Source: Mustelus asterias
Lineage: Eukaryota
Reading direction: 5' to 3'
Assembly: GCF_964213995.1 (NCBI RefSeq)
Contig: NC_135818.1
Coordinates: forward strand, 71,424,001-71,488,000
DNA: 64,000 bases
Shown here: in pieces, positions 48,891 through 61,250 of the stretch
Position numbering within the stretch: the first letter of the stretch is position 1
Layout of the letters: every line of letters starts with the position of its first letter
Position numbers and translations under genes: made by a program
The notes under the pieces: generated by a model
Database searches by the model: none
The model's input: the letters and a program-made list of their open reading frames with translations, nothing else
What the model was told of the DNA's origin: nothing

Positions 48891-49569
48891 TTACCATGCC
48901 AATGAGAGATGAAGCAAGAAAATCTCTGACCCCCCTACAGTATTCTCTTGTTTAAATTCTATTTGTCAAAATGGACCATTGCTGGTCTGATATAATGGCT
49001 GCAGCTGGTCCATCGCACTCAAGATTGGCCTTCAGAAAGTCTTTAAGACAGAGAATGTAATCCTGCCACTGACCTTAGACTTGGACACACTGGACATTCC
49101 ACACACTTGAGTTTATGGCAACAACTTCTTTGGGAGAATTTTCCCATCACATCTGAGGGCGGACTATGCAAAGGCCCAGTGACCTCGGGCGGGATTTTCT
49201 GGTTTTGGGGTGAGCATGGCCGGAAAATTCCCCCACTGATTTTCTGAGAGGATGTCAGGAAGTTAACTTTTATTTTTGAAATTTTAAGAGGCTCTGAAAT
49301 ATACTGAATGGCAGCATATGCATCTTGTTGAATGGAGTGTTTACTCCTGAACTGGACTGTCTCATTCTCTCTTGTACTGGCCTGTGCTACAATGATGTAA
49401 TCGACTGATTTTTCCATCTTGTTTTTCATTAGCAAGTTCCATGTTTGCTCACCTCAAGACACCCCAGAACTTCCAGCTCAAAATGCCAGCTAACATTGAT
49501 TACATCATGGAAGTCCTGGCGCATGCGCATGTGTGCTGAAAGAGCACCAAATTTAAACCTCTGATCGAG

Positions 49570-49843
49570 GGGCGGCACAGTAGCACAGTGGTTAGCACTG
49601 CTGCTTCACAGTGCCAGGGACCTGGGTTCAATTCTCGGCTTGGGTTACTGTCTGTGTGGAGTTTGCATGTTCTCCCCGTGTCTGCGTTGGTTTCCTCCGG
49701 GTGCTCTGGTTTCCTCCCACATTCTGAAAGATGTGCTGGTTAGGTGCATTGACCCAGACTGTGGCGACTAGGGGAATTTCACAGTAACTTCATTGCAGTG
49801 TTAATGTAAGCCTTACTTGTGACTAATAAATAAACTTTAACTT
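49570..49843 (+). mobile_element. V-SINE type B tail
   Basis: Head, V-domain, type B tail. Confidence 0.88.
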
Positions 49844-50279
49844 TTAGGTTCGGAAAGCTGCCCGTACTGAAGCACTAAGCTGCATTTGTGCCAAAATCTC
49901 CGCCACTCGCACTATTCTTAGGTATGTTTTTGCCCTTATCTATTTGCACTTTTGTCTTCTAGTCTAGCTGCAACGAGTAGAGGCAGCAAACCTTCTTTAG
50001 GTTGGTTATTTTTTTTGTACATGTTTTAAACATTTATTTAACATATATGTAAAACTCAGAAAGTGAAAGAATGAGTTTTAAAAATTTTTTTTGTAACTTT
50101 GCATTGACAACTAATTCGATTAAAAATGTTCGTTCATACATAACAAAGCGGATGTCAGTGCCTAGAATGAATTTCAGCGTTTGGATTTTGCAATATATTT
50201 TAAGCAGTTTTTAACCCTATTTTAAGAGCCTCCCTGATGCAATGTTGATCCTGGTGTAACTCGGCTAGTTCAAATGCTT

Positions 50280-50622
50280 CATAGAATCATAGAAACCCTA
50301 CAGTGCAGAAAGAGGCCATTCAGCCCGAGTCTGCACCGACCACAATCCCACCCAGGCCCTATCCCCTTATCCCTCCACATTTATACACTAATCCCTCTAA
50401 CCTACGCATCTCAGGACACTAAGGGGCAATTTTAGCATGGCCAATCAGCCAAACCCGCACATCTTTGGACTGTGGGAGGAAACTGGAGCACCCGGAGGAA
50501 ACTCACGCAGACACGAGGAGAATGTGCAAACTCCACACAGACAGTGACCCAAGCCGGGAATCGATCCCAGGTCCCTGGAGCTGTGAAGCAGCAGTGCTAA
50601 CCACTATGCTACCGTGCCGCCC
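50280..50622 (-). mobile_element. HE1-type V-SINE, CR1-type tail
   Basis: Full-length, young-looking copy. Confidence 0.9.
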
Positions 50623-50964
50623 TTAATCGTCATCTTAAAGGAAAGTCTATCCTTTAAGATGACATATGCAAGTCCCCTGTAATGTTTATCCCAATTTTAA
50701 GAGTCTTCCTGATGCAACGTTGATCCTTATGAAACTTGGCTAGTTAAAAGGCTTTAGGAAAGCATGTCACTTAAGATGGCATATGCAAGTCTCCTTTAAG
50801 CTGATGTGAACTCGGTATTACAGAACCTAGTGCAGCTTGAGAATCTGGAGTCATGTTCCACCACCGCTGGAACATTGAACTTTTTCACTTGATTCTTAAT
50901 TGAAAATCTTATTGAGACTTTGGTGTAGGCATGGAAGAGTCACACTACACGTAAAATCCTAATC

Positions 50965-51102
50965 CTTCCCTCTTCCCATTTCCCTCTCCCCCTCTGCTTC
51001 CTTCACCCCCACCCTTCCCCCATCCTTTCCCCCTCCCCTCCTTCCCCCCCTTTCTCTCCCTTTTCCCCTCCTTACCCCTCTTCATATCCATCCCTCACCT
51101 CC
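50965..51102 (+). repeat. Polypyrimidine (C/T) low-complexity tract
   Basis: Nearly all C/T over about 135 bp. Confidence 0.85.
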
Positions 51103-51586
51103 TTGTTTAGTGACAACAGAATTGTTGTGTTAATGTATAGATAGTTTATTGATTGTTGTTCGAGAAATATATTTTGTAAGAAACTTGAAAGGACGAGGCA
51201 ATTAAACAAGTCAATGCAGCTGCTGAAGGAAAATGTTTAGTTCAATGTTAATATGGTATCAAAGTTTTGTATTTATAACACTACAAAATTCTACTAATGC
51301 TTTATTGCAACAAAACAAACATTTAAATATGAAATTTTATAAATGCTTTATTGCAACATACAGAACAGTTAAATATGAGAATTATAAATAAAGTAAGCAA
51401 GGCAGAAGAATAATAAGGATAGACCCATCTCGATTTTTCATGACCCAAAACATGATCTCTCCTTTGATTGATCTCATGCAGGTATCCAAATCATTGTTCA
51501 AGAGGTTCTCACCATATTCTAAATTAAAACACTTAAAAGTATGCCACACATATTAAAAGGTTACATAATAATACAGTGCAGATTTA

Positions 51587-51909
51587 GGGCGACACAGTGG
51601 CACAGTGGTTAGCACTGCTGCATCACAGATCCAGGGACCTGGGTTCAATTCCGGCCTTGGGTCACTGTCTGTGTGGAGTTTGCACGTTCTCCCCGTGTCT
51701 GCGTGGGTTTCCTCCGGGTGCTCCGGTTTCCCCCCACAGTCCAAAGATGTACAGGTTAGGTTGACTGGACATGCTAAATTGCCTCTTAGTGTTTTAGGGG
51801 GCTTTGCAACGTAAATTCATGGGGTTGCAGGTATAGGGCCTGGGTGGAATTGCTGTGGGTGCAGACTCAATGGGCAGAATAGCCTCCTTCTGCATTGTAA
51901 GGATTCTAT
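51587..51909 (+). mobile_element. HE1-type V-SINE, tail interrupted by a Harbinger-like element
   Basis: Tail resumes at 52823 (TATGACTCTA). Confidence 0.88.
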
Positions 51910-52822
51910 GGCTGGGATTTTCTGGCCACATTTGCTCTGAAACTGGAAAATCCTGCCCGAGGTCAACGGACCTTTCCATGCTCTGCCTCTCGGTATTTTA
52001 CCATTTTTTGTCGAAGTGATGGGCAGACTTGAAACTGGGAGAGTTTCAGATCCATCTTTTGGGCATGTTTTTAGTTCCCATACACACTCTGGCTGCAAAA
52101 TTCTGAGCAAGCCTGTTGCTCGCTGCAGAAAGCTGTGGGACTCGTCCCCGCTACCCTCCCCTCACCGATCGCTGCAGAATGGCAGAGGGGTGTCTCACCC
52201 CATTAGCCCTGGCCCCCACTGACCCCCTCCCCCATTAGCCCCATTCCCCATCACCCTCTCCCCCATTAGCCCCGCCTTCACTGGCCCCTCGTCCCACTGG
52301 CCCCTCCCCTAACAACCCTGACCCCTGCCAATGCCTGGTTGCCATTTCCCAGGCGATGGTGGGCATTGCCTAGGTGCCAGACTGGCATTGCCTAGGTGCC
52401 AGGGTGGCACTGCCAGTTGGCACTGCCCAAGGGGCATCTTCCCATTCCTTCGGCCTCTCCGGGGGGCCTCAATGGCCTCCGGTTCCACTGGCAAGGCCAA
52501 GTTGACAGCTCCCCGTTCATGGGAAGCATGTCTATTCCTCGCCAGCAAGAACCTTTCCCGGCGAGCTCATAAAGGCAGGCGAGCCTGGACGATTGAGCGC
52601 CGGGCTGGCTAACGACATTGAAACGCTTACTCAAATAAATTTCAATAAATTAACCTGCCTCGTGCCCATTTCCTGCAAGAGGCTGACTGCGCCAGAAATC
52701 CTATTGTCGTAAAATGGCGCCGGTCGCAAAAACCAGCACCAATCGCACTAATTTCTTTACGCTCCACTTTACAACCACATTGTGCCCGAAAATGGGTGCA
52801 ACGCGATGGTAAAATCCCAGCC
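51910..52822. mobile_element. Harbinger-like non-autonomous element, 913 bp
   Basis: Perfect 12-bp TIR GGCTGGGATTTT/AAAATCCCAGCC; 3-bp TSD TAT. Confidence 0.8.
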
Positions 52823-54048
52823 TATGACTCTAAATAGTACTTTCACAAATTTAAAACAAATAAAACATCTTTTTATTTGTACATATTAAATAATACTCAT
52901 GTTCAATAATTAAAATAAATTTAAATGTACAGTTTGAGTGAGCCAATAACAGTAGTATTAACTACTTAAAAGAAATAGCAAAAGAAATGTAATACAAATA
53001 CAAATAACTTTTAAAAGAGTAGGGGATCCCGTTTTCACTGCAAGACAGCCTTTTAGAACCTGGATGGGCGTTCCCAGTCTTGCTGCATCATAAGGGGGTT
53101 TGGTTAGCAGTCTCTTGCGTCGCGCTGGGGCCTGCTCAGGTGGCTGCGCTGACTGTCCGAGGCTGCTGCGCCCATCGGAAATTTCGGCACACCTGCTCAG
53201 GAAACGTAAGTATGCAAGTTGTTTTCTATTTTTGACGGACCATACATTTCCGCCGGCGGTCAGACATTACGGGCCATATCGCAATACTGACCATCTTTGT
53301 ACCGTCATTCTGACAAGAGGTAAGCTTGGATTTCAATTCAGCAATGATGCAGACAGACATGTTTTTTTACAAGTTAAGCAGCACCGAAGCAGTTAAGCAG
53401 TGATCAATTTGTGTATTTTCCTGGCTTGCGCTTTTGCGTTCTGTGGGGGGGCGAGGGTGGGCAAGGTCAGGAGCGGCATGATGTCATGGGGAGAGGGGTA
53501 TGATGTGATTGAGGGAGGGGCGTGATGTCACAGGGAGGGGGCGGAGTGCAGAAATGGAGGTGAGCTCAGGGCCCGACAAAGTGCAAGTCCCCCACTGGAA
53601 TGATGATAAAATCAGTTAATTGCAGGAACAGGCCATGTTTTCAAACAGTTTGTGGTTCCAACATGTCACTTTCTGCTTGAGATTTCTACAATGGCTCACT
53701 TAACCACATAATGCAGCTTTGATAGCTTGACCCCATAATAAAAATCGATCCATCAAAAAAAAATGAGTAGCTTTTGGAAGCATTCTCATGAACTGTCACA
53801 AAGAGAAACAGCACAATCAATGAAAGATTGAAGGATTTTTACCCTTGATTCTAACCAGCTGACCCGCATAGTGGTTTGAAGTGCTTCCAATGCAGCTGAA
53901 GCACAGAAGCATACATATGATTAAGGAAAAAAATACAAACACAGCTCTGATTGACAGGAAAAGTGGATCTGAAAAGTGATGTGGGCTGAATTTGGCCTGC
54001 GGCAAAAGCACAAAATGGGGTCATCGTGAATCATCAGCCCATTTTCCA

Positions 54049-54280
54049 AAGAACAAAGAAAGAACAAAGAGAAGACCAGCACAGGGACAGGCCCTTCAGC
54101 CCTCCAAGCCCGTGCCGATCATGATGCCCGAACTAAATTAAAAAGAAAACCTTCTGCCAATCCTCAGACCATATCCTTCTATTCCCACCCTATTCATGCA
54201 CCCATCCAGATGCCTCTTAAATGTGCCAGCTTCCGCCACCTCCTCTGGCAGTGTATTGTAAGCATCCACCACCCTCCATT
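54049..54280 (-). mobile_element. CR1 3' end
   Basis: LPEEVAEAGTFKRHLD; (TTCTTTG)n tail. Confidence 0.8.
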
Positions 54281-54296
54281 GCACATCATTCTCTTT

Positions 54297-54635
54297 CATA
54301 GAATCGAAGAAATCCTGCAGTGCAGAAGGAGGCCATTCGGCCCATTGAGTCTGCACCGGCAACAATCCCAACCAGGCTCTCTTCCCATAACCCCAAATAT
54401 TTACCCCGCTAATCCCTCTAACCTACACATCCCAGGACACTAAGGAGCAATTTAGCATGGCCAATCAACCTAACCCCGCACATCTTTGGACTGTGGGAGG
54501 AAACCGGAGCACCTGGAGGAAACAGACACAGAGACAGGGAGAATGTGCAAACTCCACACAGACAGTGACCCAAACCGGGAATCGAACCCAGGTCCCTGAA
54601 GCTGTGAGGCAGCAGTGCTAACCACTGTGTTGCCC
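54297..54635 (-). mobile_element. HE1-type V-SINE, CR1-type tail
   Basis: Head, V-domain and tail motifs. Confidence 0.88.
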
Positions 54636-54944
54636 ATTCTGGGGGCTCAGTTCATTCTGGCCCGGTGAAAACAACACTACCCAGACCATTCATGGAGGAT
54701 TGGGTGGTGCAATGGACACTGATCTTGTCTCTGCTTCGGTGTATGCATACCTCAGCTACCATACCATGCTTTCGAGGCTTTTGTTCTTGTGGCTGAGCCT
54801 TAGTGAGGTTTCACTAATACCGTGCTCTCTTGGTTTACCAATCCTTAATGAGGCTTTGCTCCCTTTGGACACTCGTAAGAAAGTTGGTGTGGTTTAACTT
54901 CAAACATTTTATTGTGAACTGTTGTAAAGACATCATGGTAATCA

Positions 54945-55175
54945 GGCCTTTTGTCTGAGATCATGCGTAGTAGGATCAAGCATAAGATCAGGTGTAATAC
55001 CTGTTCTTGTCAAGCTTGGATCCAGTGTGTCTCTTTTGTGGGAGCCATGAACTGGATTCATGTTTGAAATTGAATTGGTTTTTGGAGCAGGCAAGGAGAT
55101 GGATTAAGGGCTTACCTTGTCCATTTCGTGCATTGGCTTTGTAACTCTGAGAGAGGAATGAATTTTTTTCAAAAA
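54945..55175 (+). mobile_element. U2 snRNA-derived retroposed element, copy 3
   Basis: GGCCTTTTGTCTGAGATCATGCGTAGTA head, duplicated TAAGATCAGGTGTAATACCTGTTCTTGTCA, then GTTTTTGGAGCAGG..GGAGATGGATTAAGGGCTT..GTCCA; 15-bp TSD with 2 mismatches (54932-54946 / 55175-55189). Confidence 0.82.
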
Positions 55176-55315
55176 TCATAATAATCAGGGGATGGACCGT
55201 TCTGCTCCCAGCTTCCTTAGAGCCTCTTGGTCATCTGACAACTGATGTCATGGTTACATCATCAATCTAATCATGGTCTCATTAACATATTCATTAACCC
55301 AATACTCGCTGTGAC

Positions 55316-55643
55316 CTTTTTTTTATTCATTCATGGAACATGGGCGTCGCTGGCTGGCCAGCAGTTATTACCCATCCCTAGTTGCTCATAGATCAACCAC
55401 ATTGCGGTGGCTCTGGAGTCAGATGTAGGCCAGACCAGGTAAGGACGGCAGATTTCCTTCCCTAAAGGCAGTAGTGAACTAGATGGGTTTTTCCGACAAT
55501 GGTTTCATGGGCCATCAGTAGATTCTTAATTCCAGATTTTTAAAAATATACTGTGACGGGAATCGAACCTGCATCCCCAGAACATTCGCTGAGTATTTGG
55601 ATTAATAGTCTCGCGATAATACCACTAGGCCATCGTCTCCCCA
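55316..55643 (-). mobile_element. Second tRNA-derived SINE family, full length
   Basis: Reverse complement; poly-T at 55317-55324 is the A-tail. Confidence 0.8.
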
Positions 55644-56129
55644 ACCTGAGACGTGCTCCCACTTAAATAAGTTGCAATCAATCGCACCCAGTTGATACAC
55701 TGGAAGTTTTCTTCGTCTATTAGCCTAGCGGGTCGGGCCCATTACGCAGCCTTTGCTTGAGACTTCAATGGCATTCAAATGTCACTCCAACTCAGAGTAG
55801 CCAAAAACTGCCTTGTGTAAGTAATGAAATAAATCTCCTCTGAGAATTTGGCTGAAACACATAATTTGAAGCAGATCAGGGAGAGTTTTGTTTCTTCAGA
55901 AGGAATTCTTCAAATGCAGACAATAAAAATATAGCAAAACTTATAACTCAAAGAAAGGGTTTAATAAAAAAACTTGCTTACTCCAAACTTGGGGCCTCAC
56001 CCTGGGCCAATCCAAGTTCCCCACAATTCCCAGCAGGTTCTTATTTATAGTGAGTCAGCTGGTCAGCTGACCATCACATCATTCTATAATTGGTTCCATG
56101 GTTTACTGGGTCAGCTGACTCTTACAGCT

Positions 56130-56411
56130 TGGGTGGCTGCGTGAAGTTTGCACGTTGTCCCTGCGTCTGCGTGGGTTTCCTCCAGGTGCTCCGGTTTCCT
56201 CCCACACTCCAAAGATGTGAATGTTGGGTGGATTGGCCTTGCTAAATTGCCCCTTAGCGTCCCAAGTTGCACAGGTTAGGGGGATTAGTGGGGTAATGCA
56301 TGGGGTTACGGGGATAGGGCAGGGGGTGGGCCTGGTTAGGATGCTCTTTAGGAGAGTTGGTGCAGCCTCGAGTGTACTCCTTCTGCACTGTAGGGATCCT
56401 ATGATTCTATG
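56130..56411 (+). mobile_element. 5'-truncated HE1-type V-SINE
   Basis: V-domain and (ATTCTATG) tail. Confidence 0.85.
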
Positions 56412-56499
56412 AATTAAAGTGAAAACTGAAATCATTTGTACCTGCCACAAAATCCATTGCCTACTAAGTGAATCCACCCTTCTCCAGGGCTATTTTCAA

Positions 56500-56818
56500 A
56501 GAATCATAGAATCCCTACAGTGCAGAAGGAGGTCATTTGGCCCATCGAGTCTGCACCGACTGGGATCCCACCCAGGCCCTATTCCCATGACCTGACATAT
56601 TTACCCTGCTAATCCCCTGACACTAGGATTAATTTAGCATGGCCAATCAACCTAACCCGCACATCTTTGGAGTGTGGGAGGAAACCGGAGTACCCGGAGG
56701 AAACCCACACAGACACAGGGAGAACGTGCAAACTCCGCGCAGACAGTGACCCGAGGCCGGAATTGAACCGGGTCCCTGGCGCTGCGAGGCAGCAGTGCGA
56801 ACCGTTGTGTCACTGTGC
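56500..56818 (-). mobile_element. HE1-type V-SINE, CR1-type tail
   Basis: Head, V-domain and tail motifs. Confidence 0.88.
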
Positions 56819-56859
56819 TCCTTGAATGAGATCCTGCGCAATCTTGATATGGTACTTGA

Positions 56860-57500
56860 CGTAGTGAACATCTGGTAACATCTCTGCATTATTGCCAAGG
56901 TCACCTCTGACCACTTTGCAACATCACCCAACCGCATCGGTGCCTCAGCCCACTTACTATGAAACCTTCATCCATGACTTTGCTACATTTTCTTCATTAT
57001 TCCAATGATCTGCTGGTCACCCTCCCATCCTCAACTCTAAATAAGCTCAAGCTCACCCAAAGCTTGGCTGCCCATATCCTTACTCGCAGTAAGTTATTTC
57101 CACCCATCACTGCAATGTTCGCCAACCTACGTTAGCTCCCTAACCAGCAATGTCTCGATATTTTCAAATTCCTTCTGGACCTCACCCCACCCAATCTGCG
57201 TTGCCTCCTCCAGCCTTACAACCCTCCAAGATCTCAATACTCCTCCAATTCTGGCCCCTTGAACATCCCTTATTTCATCACGCCACCACTAATGACTTGT
57301 ATATTCAGCTGTCTAAGCTCTGGGCCTTTGAGATCACCTCCTTAAAACTCTCAATTTCTCTCATCCATTAAGAAACATCTTAAAGCCTCATTGACCAAGA
57401 TTTTGGGCATCCGCCCCAATAGTTCCTTATGTCACTCTGTGCCAAATTGTGCTTGATGACACACTTGTGAAGCATCTTGGGGTGACTTGCAATGTTAATT
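56860..57500 (+). mobile_element. L2-clade LINE 3' relic
   Basis: LPSSTLNKLKLTQSLAAHILTR...PITAMFANL motif; related minus-strand relics at about 59615-59740 and 61052-61170. Confidence 0.65.
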
Positions 57501-57510
57501 CGGGGGGTGG

Positions 57511-57838
57511 GGGTGCACGGTGGCGCATTGGTTTGCACTGCTGCCTCACAGTGCCAGGGTCATGGGTTCAATTCCCGGTTTTGGTGACTGTCTGTGTAGA
57601 ATTTGCACATTCTCCCTGTGTCTGCGTGGGTTTCCTCCGGGTGCTCTGGTTTTCTCCCACAGCCCAAAGATGTGTGGGTTAGGTGGATTGGCCATGCTAA
57701 ATTGTGCCTTAGTGTCAGGGGGACTAGCTAGGGTAAATGCATGGGGTTATAGTGCTAGGATTTGGGTGGGATTGTGGTCGGTGCAGACTCGATGGGCCAA
57801 ATGGCCTCCTTCTGCACTATAGGATTCTATGTTTTATG
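57511..57838 (+). mobile_element. HE1-type V-SINE, CR1-type tail
   Basis: Head, V-domain and tail motifs. Confidence 0.88.
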
Positions 57839-58941
57839 TTAATGTTTATGTCACTACATAAATGCTAGTTGTCATTGCCACAATTACAGTATTGAAACTA
57901 AAAAAGAACAGAAAGGAAAGGGAAATGCACAAATAGGCAATAGATTTCTTTTAACACATATGTAAAAGATGTGGACGGCCGGCTGATTGCATTTCCTTCT
58001 ATCCAAATTAGCTCCTCTCTTCTCAAAGGTCCAATACCTCCTATGCCAGAGGTGAATAGGTGTAACACACATCGAAAGCAAATGATGCTTTCATCCTGAT
58101 TGAGTTCCATTTTCTGTTGATTCTAAACACCATCCCGCCCCCCTCCCCCATCCCTCACCACCCCCACCGACTCCAGTATGTCACAACTTCTTTATTTCAG
58201 CAACATTTCTTCTACGTGGAAATCTAGCATTAACTTTCAATGTCATGTCATGTAGCAGAAGTGTGGAGCGATGTCTGGCCCGAATCCAATATTATTTCTC
58301 ACTTCTCTCCCTGGGCCTTCCACATCCTTGTCATCAATGTTTCAGTCTCCCACTTGGAAGTGGACCACCTTCATCAGGAGGTAAAATAATCATGAGAAAA
58401 AGAATGCAGCTGTTTTCAATGCAAATCGCTATCTTCAGATCTTCGAGGCGAGATGCAATAAGTCTGATGAGAGGGCATTTTTTTTAAAAAAAAGATCATT
58501 ATCTCATTGAAATATCTCAGATTTCAATTTGGCACTGTTCTTGCATTTTCTGAGCCTTAGGCTCCTGCCTTTTGGAAACAATCTTTATCTTCTCCTTGAT
58601 GATGGAAAGAACCAGAGAAGTAAAGGATTGCCAATTTGTTCATGTGGCAATTCAAGTTGTAATGCAAGAAGGTTCATGTTCTATAAGGTTTTAATTTGGC
58701 TTGAAGGCAGACTTACAGAAACAAAGTCCTGTTACAAGTTTTCCATGACAAATATGTTCCATCAATAATTCAATTTTGCTTTCTGTGCTTTAGATATCAA
58801 CAGTTATATTTGTAGAGGACCTTTAACAGGGAGAAATGTTCCAAGGCCCATCACAGGAGCATATTCAGGCAAAGTATAGGTGCAAAGATAAAGGCCGGAG
58901 TTCTCTGGCCATTCACCCCCCACCACCACGGCTATGAGTGA

Positions 58942-59535
58942 GAGTGGAGTTAAGAAAGCTCACCAACGCCTTGACCTTTTCAGGAAGCATAGGAAATTTG
59001 GCATGTCCACTGCGACCTTCACCATTTTTCACAGATGCACCATGGAAAACATCCTTTCTGGATGTATCCCAGCTTGGTATGGCTCCTGCTCTGACCAAGA
59101 CCGCAGGAAACTACAAAGGGTTGTGAATATTGCCCAGTCCATCACACAAACCGGCCTCCAATCCATTGGCCCCGTCTACACTTCCTGCTGCCTCAGAAAA
59201 GCAGCCAGCATATTCAAGGACCCCAGACAACCCGGACATACTCTCTTCCTCCTTATTCCATCGGGAAAAAATGGAAAAGTCTGAGATCAAGTACCCACCG
59301 ACTCAAGAACAGCTTCTTTTCTACTTCTTTCAGACTTTTAAATGGACCTACCTTATATTCATTTGATCTTTCTGTACACCCTAGCTGTGACAGTAACACT
59401 ACATTTTGCACTCTCTCCTTTCCTTCTCCCCTATGTACGCTATGAATGGTATGCTTTGTCTGTATAGCACGCAAGAAACAATACGTTTCACTGTATCCCA
59501 ATACATGTGACAAGAGTAAATCAAATATAATCAAA
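58942..59535 (+). mobile_element. Rex1/Babar-like LINE 3' fragment
   Basis: VKKAHQRL..RKFGMS..ENILSGCIPAWYG. Confidence 0.85.
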
Positions 59536-60272
59536 TTTGGCACTCAGCCAAATCTTCATTCTCTGCAGCATGATTGGAGAATCCCAGCTGCGGCGGTGGT
59601 CAGAGAATCCGGCCCAAAGAATCAGACATTAAGAAGTGTGACCAAAGTTTGCTGAAAAAAGTGATTTTAAGGAAATGTTTTTAAAGGAGGTGAAAGAGCT
59701 GGAGAGGATGAGAGATTTTGGAATGGGAATGCCAGAGATGCGGTTGTAATAGTTGATGTTGCGTATTTCATATCTTAGATCTATCCAGATGTGACAATAT
59801 TACTTATGTGGGTAACAGTTTGTTTTACAATACTTTAAAACTCCATGCTTCACCACTTTCTGCAGTTTGTTGACTTTCCCTGAGTCCACATCCAGGCTTA
59901 ACCAATCAAGCACAGTGAGTATCAACTGGGGACAAACTTACATAATTGAACACAGAACAATTGCACATTACAGTTGAAGATGCAACTCCCAATGGTGGGG
60001 TAATGCACAAGAGGTCAGAACTGAAGTGATGCAGAGTTCAGGGTGTGGCAATTATACGGCTGCAATATGTTACAACAAAACCCTGGAAGGTCATGGCAGG
60101 ATTTGAACAGGCAATTAAGATTAACATTGGAAGCACTGGGGGACCGTAACCAAGGCCTATCAGGAAACACAAGTGAGTGCAACCGAGGGTGGAATGCGAT
60201 GTGGGCAGCAGAATTTGAATGATCTCAAATTTATTGAGGATGAAAGGTAGGAGGATGATGAGTGGAACATTG

Positions 60273-61051
60273 TGTGATGACACTGTGCCTTTAAGAAATA
60301 TATATATATATATATATAATGTTTCTTGTAAGGGGTATGTTTAAAATTCAGATCTATTTTGCAGGGTGCTGATTTGCCTAGCAAAACCTTTAAATTGGCA
60401 GCTAGGAGGACCGAATAAGTACTCATTTTAGACCTGGAGTGTATGTTTTAAGCAGAGCTAATGCATTTGTGTTTACTTGCATCTCCCCTGGGGATTTCAG
60501 TGCAGGGTTTTGATTAAGTTGATTGACAGGGGCAGAGTCAAGTGCTTAATGGGAGGAGCTAAGCTTGCAGGGAAGAATACTGTTTCAGTCTCATTTTGTT
60601 TAATACAAGCAATTCCTTCTTGAACTGACAGGGGGAAAACAGGTATCTTTTTGTCTGTCTTTTCCTCCAGAGGTGCTCTGAAAGTTCGAGGATTGTTACC
60701 TGAAGACACACAAGCATACCTGTGTTTTGCTAACTCATTTTAAAGAGGAGGTTAATTCTATAAGAGGAATATTGCTTGAATTTGAACTTATAATGATAGG
60801 TTAAGCAGTTAAGAATTATGTCTTGTCATATTTATATATTATTCAATTGTTAAATGTTAAGCTAATTAATTTGTTATAGTTAAACTGTGTTTTTAAATAA
60901 AATTTGTTTTGATAAAAGCTCCCTATTGTACTGGTAGAATCTCACCTGGAGTGAAACATCATATTCTCATGTTAATGCCAAAATAACAAATTGTTGGAGT
61001 CTACTCTGACTTCATAATATACATTGGAGTTTCTGATCTGCTATCCTAACA
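60273..61051 (+). mobile_element. Solo LTR (Gypsy-like), 779 bp, related to 34879-35757
   Basis: TGTGAT...CTAACA termini, perfect 4-bp TSD ATTG, AATAAA; 3' third similar to the other LTR. Confidence 0.85.
60298..60318. repeat. (TA)n microsatellite within the LTR
   Basis: Direct reading. Confidence 0.9.
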
Positions 61052-61250
61052 ATTGGAATAGTTATGTTTGGAGATGTTAAAAACATGAATGAGGATTTTA
61101 ACAGTTGATAAGTTGAGATAAGAGTGGAGATGGGTTATGTTTGGGACATGTCAGGTGGAACATTTTTATCCGTCAAATTTTCACCAATGATCTGTTATTC
61201 AGGAGTTCAACAGGTATTCCTAAATTCCCTGGTAGTAGCAATGTAGTAGC

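Larger units (their letters stand above)
41456..53597 (+). mobile_element. hAT-superfamily DNA transposon, decayed, 12,142 bp including nested insertions
   Basis: TIRs CAGAGGCGGACTTACA / CAGTGGGGGACTTGCA (reverse complement of the right end, 13/16); perfect 8-bp TSD GAATGATG at 41448-41455 and 53598-53605; internal transposase relic. Confidence 0.9.

Noticed and set aside
58245-58768. ORFs of about 80 aa in unique sequence
   Set aside because: No recognisable motifs or consistent splice signals; length compatible with chance.
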